Shown here piece by piece: positions 48,744 through 56,873 of a DNA stretch of 64,000 nucleotides (the first letter of the stretch is position 1; each line of letters begins with the position of its first letter). The DNA comes from Candidatus Magasanikiibacteriota bacterium (GTDB taxonomy: Bacteria; Patescibacteriota; Patescibacteriia; Magasanikbacterales; 2-02-FULL-50-9b), in contig JAHFHU010000004.1 of NCBI GenBank assembly GCA_023246755.1, forward strand, positions 4,214-68,213, in the 5' to 3' direction. Both the position numbers and the translations under genes were made by a program. The notes under the pieces were generated by a model, which saw nothing but the letters and a program-made list of their open reading frames with translations, had not been told where the DNA came from and searched no databases.

Positions 48744-49445
48744 TTAGATGTCGCTGTGAAACTTGCCCACCCGCATTCGATAAAATTTTTCTTTACCATT
48801 TTTTCCATCAACAAGTTCAACAGCAAAATCATCAATGATAATTTTACCTCTCATAGTTGGTGCAGCGGTAACAAATGATTGATATTCACCGCCCTCTGCG
48901 GCAGCGTCAATACCCATTGCGTGTAATTCCTTAATCAGAGTATTATCAATTTTTCTCCCAACAAGATTTTCAGATAAATTACCCTGACGCACACTTATAA
49001 TCACTGACTCAATTCCACTTACGATTATTTTTTCCATATATGCAACATCAAATTCGCGTGCAGTGCATTCCTCTCGTGCGGGTCGCAACATCTTTACACC
49101 AAGTGCGCCCGCAAGCATGTCGCCGATACCACCCGTATATGGGTGCCACAAATCGCCAGTTGCCAAATGAGTAATCTTATTTTTTTTAAAAATTTCATTA
49201 AGCCCTAAAAACAATTCGTGCAAATAATTTTCATCCGAGCCAATTATGAGCTGTTCAAAGGGTAGCCCTAATAAACCAAGTTGGGCTTTGCGCATCTCCC
49301 TGCTTACTTCTGGTCCTGCATGCAACTGAGTGTCACCCAATTTTGACTGGATACTCACCACAACCCCGACCGAGCTACTTTCTAAAATTTTTTGTAACGC
49401 AAAAAAACTATCTTTGCCCCCACTGAACAGCATAGCGATTTTCAT
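48744..49445 (-). CDS. PP-loop ATPase, diphthine-ammonia ligase (Dph6/MJ0570) family
   Basis: FSGGKDS, TGDL and EGGEYQSFV motifs. Confidence 0.88.
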   Translation of the reverse strand: MKIAMLFSGGKDSFFALQKILESSSVGVVVSIQSKLGDTQLHAGPEVSREMRKAQLGLLGLPFEQLIIGSDENYLHELFLGLNEIFKKNKITHLATGDLWHPYTGGIGDMLAGALGVKMLRPAREECTAREFDVAYMEKIIVSGIESVIISVRQGNLSENLVGRKIDNTLIKELHAMGIDAAAEGGEYQSFVTAAPTMRGKIIIDDFAVELVDGKNGKEKFYRMRVGKFHSDI

Positions 49446-49611
49446 ATAAAAATATCGTAATACAAAACTGTTCTAGCGTAAACATGTCCAACTAGGCTCG
49501 CGCGTCAAATAATTTAAGCACCTGTTTTCGCTGGACCAACGGAACAACAATCAAATCTTAACGTGTCTTCCAAAATGTTTTGCCCACAGTAACGACGAAC
49601 ATCTAAAAAAA

Positions 49612-49869
49612 TTAAATTGAATTTTTAAACCGTGCAACTAACTCATCTCCGCCCATCGCGCGCAATTCCGAAATAATCAAACGCTGACATCGCAACTCAT
49701 GGTGACGTGGAACCATGATGAAATGCGATTGTGCAGCACCTAGTTTTTTCCCTATCTCATCGGGCGGATAAAATTTATCATGCTGCCCACTGCGTTTATT
49801 CCCCAAATAAAATCCCAATCTCATGAGCGCCCTCACACATTCGCGTGTATTAAAATTCCACTCCCCCAT
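49612..49869 (-). CDS. HicA-like toxin
   Basis: L.RLGF....RSGQH and MVPRH motifs. Confidence 0.7.
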   Translation of the reverse strand: MGEWNFNTRECVRALMRLGFYLGNKRSGQHDKFYPPDEIGKKLGAAQSHFIMVPRHHELRCQRLIISELRAMGGDELVARFKNSI

Positions 49870-49878
49870 AGTAGTATT

Positions 49879-50202
49879 TTATGCAACGCACGCCTCGAGA
49901 CTGCCCTCGTACTTTATTTCTTGATGACCCAAAATGATTTTATCAAAAATAATATCTGCCTCGCGTCGGGGCACATCAAAATAGGTGAGCACCGCGTCAT
50001 TGATCATCTCAAGTAATTCTTGTTGCGAGGCGGCTTGCGTGATCAATCCGGGCAAGTCAGGCGAACTCGCACAAAACCACCCATCTGGAGTGAGTTCGAT
50101 ATGCAGTCGCACGTTTGATGGGATATGATATTTTTGAAGCAATTCGCCCACAGGTTTGTGGGGGAAAAATGACCGAAACAAACGGTGAGATAATTTGCTC
50201 AT
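49879..50202 (-). CDS. HicB-like antitoxin
   Basis: DGWFCA..PDLPG.ITQA....EL..MI.DA; start MSKLS avoids overlap with clpP. Confidence 0.8.
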   Translation of the reverse strand: MSKLSHRLFRSFFPHKPVGELLQKYHIPSNVRLHIELTPDGWFCASSPDLPGLITQAASQQELLEMINDAVLTYFDVPRREADIIFDKIILGHQEIKYEGSLEACVA

Positions 50203-50290
50203 AGCTATAATTAAAATACCGCTTATAAAAACTTTTGTCAATTCCACGACCACTTGAAATTTTCCCCCATCTGCGCTAAGCTTTCTCCAT

Positions 50291-50887
50291 ATGACCACTC
50301 CGCGCAACTCAACATTTCTTATCCCAACCGTCATCGAAAAATCTGCGCACGGCGAACGCGCGTATGACATTTACTCGCGCCTCCTCAAGGATCGCATCAT
50401 TTTTCTTGGTACACCAATCGACGACGACGTTGCGAATTCAGTGATCGCGCAACTTTTATTTTTGGAAAGTCAGGACAAAACCAAGGACATCAAAATTTAT
50501 ATCAACTCACCGGGCGGTTCTGTGACATCCGGCTTTGCGATTCTCGATACGATGAATTACATTGCGCCGGATGTGTCAACGATTTGTGTTGGAATGGCGG
50601 CTTCGATGGGTGCGGTGCTCCTTGCTGCCGGCACGCGCGGTAAGCGATTTGTGTTGCCAAACTCTGAAGTGATGATCCACCAAGTTTTGGGTGGCGCCGA
50701 AGGTCAGGCGTCAGATGTTAAAATTCGCGCCGAACGCATCATAAAAATGAAGGATCAACTCAACAAAATTCTGGCGCTCTCGACCGGTCAACCCTACGAA
50801 AAAATTGAACGCGATACGGATCGCGACTATTTCATGGACGCGCATGAAGCGGTTGCATACGGACTCGTCGACAAAGTTATCGAGTAA
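50291..50887 (+). CDS. clpP: ATP-dependent Clp protease proteolytic subunit
   Basis: [27 protein letters not shown] and RD motifs. Confidence 0.98.
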   Translation: MTTPRNSTFLIPTVIEKSAHGERAYDIYSRLLKDRIIFLGTPIDDDVANSVIAQLLFLESQDKTKDIKIYINSPGGSVTSGFAILDTMNYIAPDVSTICVGMAASMGAVLLAAGTRGKRFVLPNSEVMIHQVLGGAEGQASDVKIRAERIIKMKDQLNKILALSTGQPYEKIERDTDRDYFMDAHEAVAYGLVDKVIE

Positions 50888-50899
50888 TTTTTCACAAAA

Positions 50900-51030
50900 C
50901 AAAAACTCCTCCCGAATAATTCGCGCTCAAGAAGACTTCTTATAGATGGATTCGAGCCGGAGCCCGAATTCCCCTTCTAAGAAGTCCCCATGCTTGTCGT
51001 GAGCGCGAGTCACTGGGGAGGAGCCTTGGA
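50900..51030 (-). ncRNA. Candidate rod-shaped ncRNA (6S-like or unknown)
   Basis: Four nested stems; own TTGACA-17-TATATT promoter at 51065-51037; T-tract after the closing stem. Confidence 0.55.
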
Positions 51031-51107
51031 CGAACAAATATACCGCTAAACACAAATTCTGTCAAGTCACCCCTATGGGGATAACATGCAATGCTGTCAA
51101 ATAAATG

Positions 51108-52940
51108 TCAATTTCCCGTTGCCCCCGCCGCGTCAGGACTTATAATTGCAGGCGCGGGAGCTCCCCCAACGGGCTCGCTTATTTGAGCAACGCCCACTAA
51201 ACACACCTCTGCCCATGGTTTATAAAAACTTGAAAAATCCTGTTTTTTAGTAATTCCATCGGCATAAGCAACGGTGTACGTAAAAATCGTTGACGCTCCG
51301 GCATGCGCCTTTTCCGTACATTTAATTTTTCCAACCGGCAAATCTGTTGTTTGAATTAACTGCTTCGGCGGCGCAGGTTTCGTTGATAAAATCTTTGGAA
51401 TGGTACGCGACGCAAGACGCCCGTCTCGCGTTCCCCAAAATCGAAATTCGAGTTTACGCTCTGATTTAATCAAACGTGTCTCCAACAAAACCCAATGTGC
51501 CATGTCATTCTTAAAACGAAAGTCCGGTTTTGGATCATAAATAGTCGCATCGGTTCCTGAAACACCATTCTCAAAATAATAGTGCACCTGATAGGAGTGA
51601 TTACGACGCTCTAAAATCGGAAATCCCGCGCCCATCGCCGCACGAAACGTCGTTGTTCCAATTTGACACAAACCGCCACCATATTCGGGTTGTGTTTTAT
51701 TATCTTTGATGACAAGTTCTTGTGTATATCCCGTCGTGCCATCAATTTTCCCCAGTGTCTTCATCAAAGAAAATTCTTCACCCGGTGCGATGAGCACACC
51801 GTTAATTGCGGCCATTCCCGTTTCTATGTTATGAATTCGATTTGCCGTTGATCCGGAAAAATCAGACGTACCCGTACCAATCAACTCATTGATCCCGAGC
51901 GTATTCGTGCTCGCTAATTTTATCGCTGGTTCCGCATCTTTCGTCGCAACGATTACCAGATTTTTATCGGTCGACAATGATGCAAACAAATCTTGTGCGA
52001 GCGCGTCCCAATCAATGGCAATCCCCATCTGTGGCGCGACAAATTTAATCGCGCGCGATCCTTTATATTCAAAAACTGCATCTTTCGCCTCTTGTTCAAA
52101 CGGCGCAAGTTGCTTACTCAATGTTTTTTTCAATTGATCCGGGTCAAATCCGATCGTCGGCGCGCCCTGTTCAAGTCGTGGCTGCAGCAATGTTGCAATA
52201 TCCGTTGCCGCAAGCGTAACTGTTTTATCTTTAATTTTAAGTGCACGGCCCTTACTGATTTCACCCACAAGCGCGCTCGCCCGTGGTTGCAATTGCATCG
52301 CCATGGGCGTCGTAATTTCCGGAACCGCTTCGATGAGCGTTGCGGTCAAATCAGTTTGTCCGCGCGCGAGTTTTGTTGCGAACTGTTTTTTCAAATCTTT
52401 ACCGTCAATTTTTTGACCATTCACCGACGGAATGATCGTTCCACCCATCGATGAGATTTCAAATCGCGCATTCGTCGCTACGGCGAGCGGAACATGCAAC
52501 CCGTCGATAACCGCGTCAGAAATATTTTCTTCTGCGCCGCGCGCAAGAACAAAATCAACGTCAACGCGTCGCGCGAGCCCCAACCAATCGCGAATACGTT
52601 TTGTTACGATCCCCCGCTCATCAACAGTTTTTGCGCGTGCAACCGTATCATCGAGTGCGATGACATCTTGATGCGGAACAATGGTACGCACACCGTGGCC
52701 CGGTATATTTATCCGCACGCCCTGCCTAATTTTTTCAACGCTCTTTGCCAAAATTTCACGCGCTTCAATCGTTGTTTTCCCCGCGACTGAAACACCTCCG
52801 ATAAAAAATTCATCAGAAAATTTTGTAAACGTTGCAGCCGATGCGAGCGATGCCCCAACGCCAAAAGCCACGATCAAAAAAACAACGACGCCTGCCGCTA
52901 TAAAAAAGTTTTTCGAACCTGCCGCTTTGTTATTCTTCAT
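51108..52940 (-). CDS. VanW-family protein with YoaR-like peptidoglycan-binding region
   Basis: NR.HNI, PGEEFS, YGGGLCQ..TT, ERRNHS, DATIY and FKND motifs. Confidence 0.93.
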   Translation of the reverse strand: MKNNKAAGSKNFFIAAGVVVFLIVAFGVGASLASAATFTKFSDEFFIGGVSVAGKTTIEAREILAKSVEKIRQGVRINIPGHGVRTIVPHQDVIALDDTVARAKTVDERGIVTKRIRDWLGLARRVDVDFVLARGAEENISDAVIDGLHVPLAVATNARFEISSMGGTIIPSVNGQKIDGKDLKKQFATKLARGQTDLTATLIEAVPEITTPMAMQLQPRASALVGEISKGRALKIKDKTVTLAATDIATLLQPRLEQGAPTIGFDPDQLKKTLSKQLAPFEQEAKDAVFEYKGSRAIKFVAPQMGIAIDWDALAQDLFASLSTDKNLVIVATKDAEPAIKLASTNTLGINELIGTGTSDFSGSTANRIHNIETGMAAINGVLIAPGEEFSLMKTLGKIDGTTGYTQELVIKDNKTQPEYGGGLCQIGTTTFRAAMGAGFPILERRNHSYQVHYYFENGVSGTDATIYDPKPDFRFKNDMAHWVLLETRLIKSERKLEFRFWGTRDGRLASRTIPKILSTKPAPPKQLIQTTDLPVGKIKCTEKAHAGASTIFTYTVAYADGITKKQDFSSFYKPWAEVCLVGVAQISEPVGGAPAPAIISPDAAGATGN

Positions 52941-53328
52941 CGATAATCACGATAGGAATGTGATGACTCTTCGTCTGTTTTGGAATCACGAGCGTCAACA
53001 TTCCATTTTTAAATTGCGCGTGCGCCTCGTCTGATTTAACTTCAACGGGCAAAATGACACTGCGCGAAAAATTTCCCCAGAAACATTCTTCCGAAAAAAA
53101 ATGATCCGCTGTCCGCACCAACTCACGATCGCGCGTTCCTCGAATGGTCAAAATATCACCATCCAAATGAATCGAAATATTTTCCGGATCCGCTCCCGCA
53201 ACCGGTGCCATGATAATTAACGCATCTGCCGTTTCGGCAATATCAACCGGTAACTCCCCTTCGCCGGCAATATCTGCTGATAGTTGATCCGTCTGTTCCG
53301 CATTGTCAAATAAGTATGTGTTGGCCAT
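52930..53328 (-). CDS. Hsp20 small heat-shock protein
   Basis: VDI.E, LTIRG.R, ECFWG.FSRS..LP and NG.L...IPK motifs. Confidence 0.94.
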   Translation of the reverse strand: MANTYLFDNAEQTDQLSADIAGEGELPVDIAETADALIIMAPVAGADPENISIHLDGDILTIRGTRDRELVRTADHFFSEECFWGNFSRSVILPVEVKSDEAHAQFKNGMLTLVIPKQTKSHHIPIVIIDEE

Positions 53329-53384
53329 ACGCTTGCCGCTAGTATACGTTGCTCACATACGAAATGCAATATCGGACGCACCCA

Positions 53385-53828
53385 TTATTTCGCCCTGCAT
53401 TCCTTAATCGAAACAAGCCCAAAAATAACGGAGAGCATACCCGTCACGACATACGATCCGATGCACGTCGGACACCACGCACCAATTTTTACATGACTCA
53501 CCCACGCGAGGTATATGGTAAACAAAACTGCACCCGCAAGACTAACGGCGAACAAATGAAAGATATTTTTTCGAGGCCGTCGTAGCATTTCGTGTGCCAG
53601 CACATGAAGCCAAAGGTAGCCGAGAACTCCGAGCACCGCCACCGGCACACCAAAAATTTCAGAATAAGCGCCGCGATTCACCGTATCGCAATTAAACTGG
53701 GCGTTGACATTACAAAATGACGCGCCTGATGAAAAATGTTGATACACCGCGTAACCGGATATTAAAATCCCCGCGCCCGTAAGAAAAACCAGCGCACGCA
53801 CCATTCGTTGTTTGACGATTTCATTCAT
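53385..53828 (-). CDS. VKOR-family thiol oxidoreductase
   Basis: CNVNAQFNC, FGVP...G and WCPTC motifs; start MNEIVK. Confidence 0.9.
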   Translation of the reverse strand: MNEIVKQRMVRALVFLTGAGILISGYAVYQHFSSGASFCNVNAQFNCDTVNRGAYSEIFGVPVAVLGVLGYLWLHVLAHEMLRRPRKNIFHLFAVSLAGAVLFTIYLAWVSHVKIGAWCPTCIGSYVVTGMLSVIFGLVSIKECRAK

Positions 53829-53867
53829 GATTGTTATTCTACGCTTCTGTCGCACGGGAGGCAATAG

Positions 53868-54380
53868 ATGGAAGCATACATTGATCCTGACTTTTTCGAC
53901 CGCTTCACAGAACTTCACAACGAAGTACTCAACACGATAGTCATACGATTCAACGAACTGCACACACCAAGCTTCGAAACAAAATCTGCCCAGATCACAC
54001 TTAAAACGTGGGGAGAAATCAGCGCCGAGGATAAAGACGGGCGCGTTCGATTCGATTTCGTCGGCCTCCACCATTTGCGCAAACAAATCCAAGGCGCAAC
54101 ACCGAGTCGAGACGGCTATGAGGGATTTCTGGCGGGCCAAGTTAACATTGTCGGCGCGACACAGTCGGGTAGAGTCTCATGGATTAGATTTCGATTTGAC
54201 GGAAAAAATCTATCTGGTTATCGCGGTGGCCCCATCGACATGACGCATCCGGCGCGTCGATGGAAAACGGAGGAGGAATTCCTGCTCGAACAGGATAATT
54301 ATCCGTTTTTGCTCGGAGCCTATGCATGGCTCGATACGCTCAAGCGGGAAGTTCTCGACGCAACGAAACAGAGCGTGTAA
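53868..54380 (+). CDS. Hypothetical protein
   Basis: 170-aa ORF with GGAGG SD and downstream terminator. Confidence 0.6.
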   Translation: MEAYIDPDFFDRFTELHNEVLNTIVIRFNELHTPSFETKSAQITLKTWGEISAEDKDGRVRFDFVGLHHLRKQIQGATPSRDGYEGFLAGQVNIVGATQSGRVSWIRFRFDGKNLSGYRGGPIDMTHPARRWKTEEEFLLEQDNYPFLLGAYAWLDTLKREVLDATKQSV

Positions 54381-54392
54381 CGCGTACCCACT

Positions 54393-54427
54393 GCCCGCCC
54401 CACACACAGGTGTGCGGCGGCTTTTTT
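54393..54427 (+). terminator. Probable intrinsic terminator
   Basis: GC-rich imperfect stem followed by T6. Confidence 0.55.
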
Positions 54428-54503
54428 ATGCAGTAATTGACGATGTCGATGTAAAATGATATTCTGTTGTGGCATTCACGCGTGCACCAGACGATCGACG
54501 TTC

Positions 54504-54575
54504 GGCCTCATCGTCTAACGGTTAGGACATTTGGTTTTCATCCAAAAAACAGGGGTTCGATTCCCCTTGAGGCTA
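54504..54575 (+). tRNA. tRNA-Glu(TTC)
   Basis: Cloverleaf; anticodon loop TTTTCAT; GGTTCGATTCC T-arm; no encoded CCA. Confidence 0.95.
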
Positions 54576-54615
54576 ATAAATAAGACCACCCATTTCGGGT
54601 GGTCTTATTTATTAG
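54573..54615. terminator. Perfect 19-bp hairpin, probable bidirectional terminator
   Basis: CTAATAAATAAGACCACCC / GGGTGGTCTTATTTATTAG. Confidence 0.75.
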
Positions 54616-54647
54616 GTCGCGCACCGCGCTCGGCCATCTTCAAATAA

Positions 54648-55280
54648 TCAAACCACGCCCTGCCGCTTTAGTTGAAAAAACACGAACCCACATGCCGCTG
54701 AAATTGTCATCAGCTGAACATACGTTGACATATCCGGCGTTGTTGCTGTGGTCGAAATTAAAAAGCTACTGCTCGCATCAAGCGTGTTCGATGCATTATA
54801 TTGTTCGACGGTCACCGTATAACTACCGACAGTCGAAGGATTGACATATTGTTTGTCTGCGGTCTGTCCTGTTTGGCCCGCGGCCGTTCCTAAATAAATT
54901 GTAGTGGGAAGGTCTGACGCAATCGTAACATCGTATGGCATCGTAATCACGGTTTGAGAATCAGACACCGTTATACCGAGTGTTTGTGTCAGTGCAGATG
55001 AACCATCTGACAGCTCAACACCATTTTTGACAACCTTCACATCGGTGTAATCCATTCCGGATTGCGCAGTAAACCCGCTCGGCCACAAAATTTTTATCTT
55101 CCCATTTGCAGGAACAGAAACTGTACTCGAAAACGAAATCGCATGATTCGCCGCAACGCTCACAACCGTTGTTGATGCTGAATCACTGACCGTCATGCCC
55201 GCAAACACAGGCGTCACTTGGCCAAATAAAACCAAAAATAGCACGAGGTATACAAAACCATTTCTGTAGACAAATTTCAT
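54648..55280 (-). CDS. Secreted Ser/Thr-rich beta-sandwich protein with C-terminal anchor
   Basis: Signal peptide ending VFA; C-terminal TPDMSTY, TM segment and KR. Confidence 0.75.
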   Translation of the reverse strand: MKFVYRNGFVYLVLFLVLFGQVTPVFAGMTVSDSASTTVVSVAANHAISFSSTVSVPANGKIKILWPSGFTAQSGMDYTDVKVVKNGVELSDGSSALTQTLGITVSDSQTVITMPYDVTIASDLPTTIYLGTAAGQTGQTADKQYVNPSTVGSYTVTVEQYNASNTLDASSSFLISTTATTPDMSTYVQLMTISAACGFVFFQLKRQGVV

Positions 55281-55338
55281 AATTTGATAAAAAACGCAAC
55301 ACATTAATTGAGCAGCATTATACAACAAACTCTCGGAA

Positions 55339-55367
55339 TTGACAAAATTCCAGATATATGTTAGAAT
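55339..55367 (+). promoter_or_regulatory. sigma70 promoter of csp
   Basis: TTGACA, 17-nt spacer, TAGAAT. Confidence 0.7.
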
Positions 55368-55425
55368 TTCACTTTGAAAATTTACAGCAAATTTAAAGCG
55401 GTAAAGGCAAAAATAATCTCATACT

Positions 55426-55626
55426 ATGCAAGGTACAATCAAGTCCCTTCTCACAGACAAAGGTTTCGGTTTCATCGCACCTGAAGATGGTGGTAAGGAC
55501 GTGTTCTTCCACACCTCAGAAGTGATCGGCAACCAGTTCTCAAACCTCAAAGTTGGTGATCTCGTTTCATTCGAAATCAGCGATTCACCAAAAGGCCCAA
55601 AGGCAACCGGTGTTTCACGCGCGTAA
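55426..55626 (+). CDS. cspA: Cold-shock protein
   Basis: KGFGFI, DVFFH and KGPKA motifs. Confidence 0.95.
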   Translation: MQGTIKSLLTDKGFGFIAPEDGGKDVFFHTSEVIGNQFSNLKVGDLVSFEISDSPKGPKATGVSRA

Positions 55627-55648
55627 TAACCGCTGAGCACAAATCATT

Positions 55649-55675
55649 AATCCGCCGCAAGGCGGATTTTTGTTT
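55649..55675 (+). terminator. Intrinsic terminator
   Basis: AATCCGCC-GCAA-GGCGGATT with T-tract. Confidence 0.85.
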
Positions 55676-55778
55676 CTATAGCCCAACCCTTGACAGCATC
55701 ACGAATTTTATCCACTACTCGCCAAACACGGCGTTTTCGTGCTATTATGTTCGCAATTATTAATTGTCTAACTTTTAT

Positions 55779-56060
55779 ATGGCAAAGATGACCAAATCAG
55801 CTATCCTCGCTGCATTATCAGAAGTAACGAGCATGAGCAAAAAAGATGTCGAAACGGTAATGAGCGCGATGGCGACATTGGCGTACAAAGAGGTTAAGAA
55901 AAATGGCGAGTTCGTTGTTCCAGGTCTTGGCAAACTCGTGAAGATCAACCGCAAAGCACGCGATGGTCGCAACCCAGCAACGGGCGAAACGATTAAAATC
56001 GCTGCAAAAACGGTCGTCAAATTCCGTGTTGCAAAGGCAGCTAAGGACGCAGTTCTCTAA
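55779..56060 (+). CDS. hup: HU-family DNA-binding protein
   Basis: RKARDGRNPATGE.IKI.AK..VKF. Confidence 0.95.
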   Translation: MAKMTKSAILAALSEVTSMSKKDVETVMSAMATLAYKEVKKNGEFVVPGLGKLVKINRKARDGRNPATGETIKIAAKTVVKFRVAKAAKDAVL

Positions 56061-56148
56061 AAATAAAAGCACATCACCTGTTCGCTACCACACGCGATGG
56101 CAATTAACGCCATCGCTCGCGGGAAACGCTCTGAGCTGATGTGTTTTT

Positions 56149-56865
56149 TTATTGAGCGTAATGCCGCAATGTAAAAATCAGGTCCTCGTTTTGCTCGGCC
56201 GCGCTTTTTTGCGATTCGCTCCCGAGAAGCCATTGCAAATATGAGGCATCAACAGCCGCGACTTCAGCAAATGTCTTGCCGCGATATTTTCCAAAATTCA
56301 CGCTCGAGAGTAGCGTCGGCGTTTTCGTGAGTTCAACCATTTTTTGCAGCACCGCATCGTCGGTCGTGAGCAAAAATTTCGCGGCCGCGATTTCTTTGAG
56401 CTGTCCAAACAGCGCTTCTAAAACCAACACGTCCCCGAGCGCATCGTGTGCAGTCGCCGCAGCGCCAACATCAAGCCGCAAAAAATATCGCAAATATTGC
56501 AGCGCATATTGCTCGCTCTCAATGAGATGACGCGCAACGCGACAGGTATCGATATATTCCCCAACCTCGACGCCTTCATTTTTCAAAACTCCGATATCAA
56601 ACGGCGCGTTGTGTGCAACCGCGACGTTCCCCGCAAGCGCGACGATCAAATCCGCACGTGCCGCGCTCTCCACAAACGCTGGTTTATCCGCGACCATCTC
56701 GTTCGTGATGTGATGCACGGCCATGGACCCAAACGAGATTGCAACAGGCGGCTTAAAATATTCGTTGACTGTCGCGCCCGTCGCCGCATTTTTATACGCG
56801 AGCTGCACAAGCCGCCGCGTCGGTTCCAAATCCGTTGTTTCGGTGTCGAAAAAAATAATGTTCAT
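56149..56865 (-). CDS. DEDDh 3'-5' exonuclease (ExoX-like) with C-terminal FGKY domain
   Basis: FDTETT, AHNAPFD, HDALGD and FGKYRG...YL.WL motifs. Confidence 0.92.
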   Translation of the reverse strand: MNIIFFDTETTDLEPTRRLVQLAYKNAATGATVNEYFKPPVAISFGSMAVHHITNEMVADKPAFVESAARADLIVALAGNVAVAHNAPFDIGVLKNEGVEVGEYIDTCRVARHLIESEQYALQYLRYFLRLDVGAAATAHDALGDVLVLEALFGQLKEIAAAKFLLTTDDAVLQKMVELTKTPTLLSSVNFGKYRGKTFAEVAAVDASYLQWLLGSESQKSAAEQNEDLIFTLRHYAQ

Positions 56866-56873
56866 AATTTAAT

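Noticed and set aside
50900-51030. SRP RNA assignment for the rod-shaped hairpin
   Set aside because: Lacks the GNRA tetraloop and the conserved helix-8 internal loop
53829-54140. N-terminal extension of VKOR in the ORF track
   Set aside because: It overlaps the opposite-strand gene 53868..54380; the likely start is 53828
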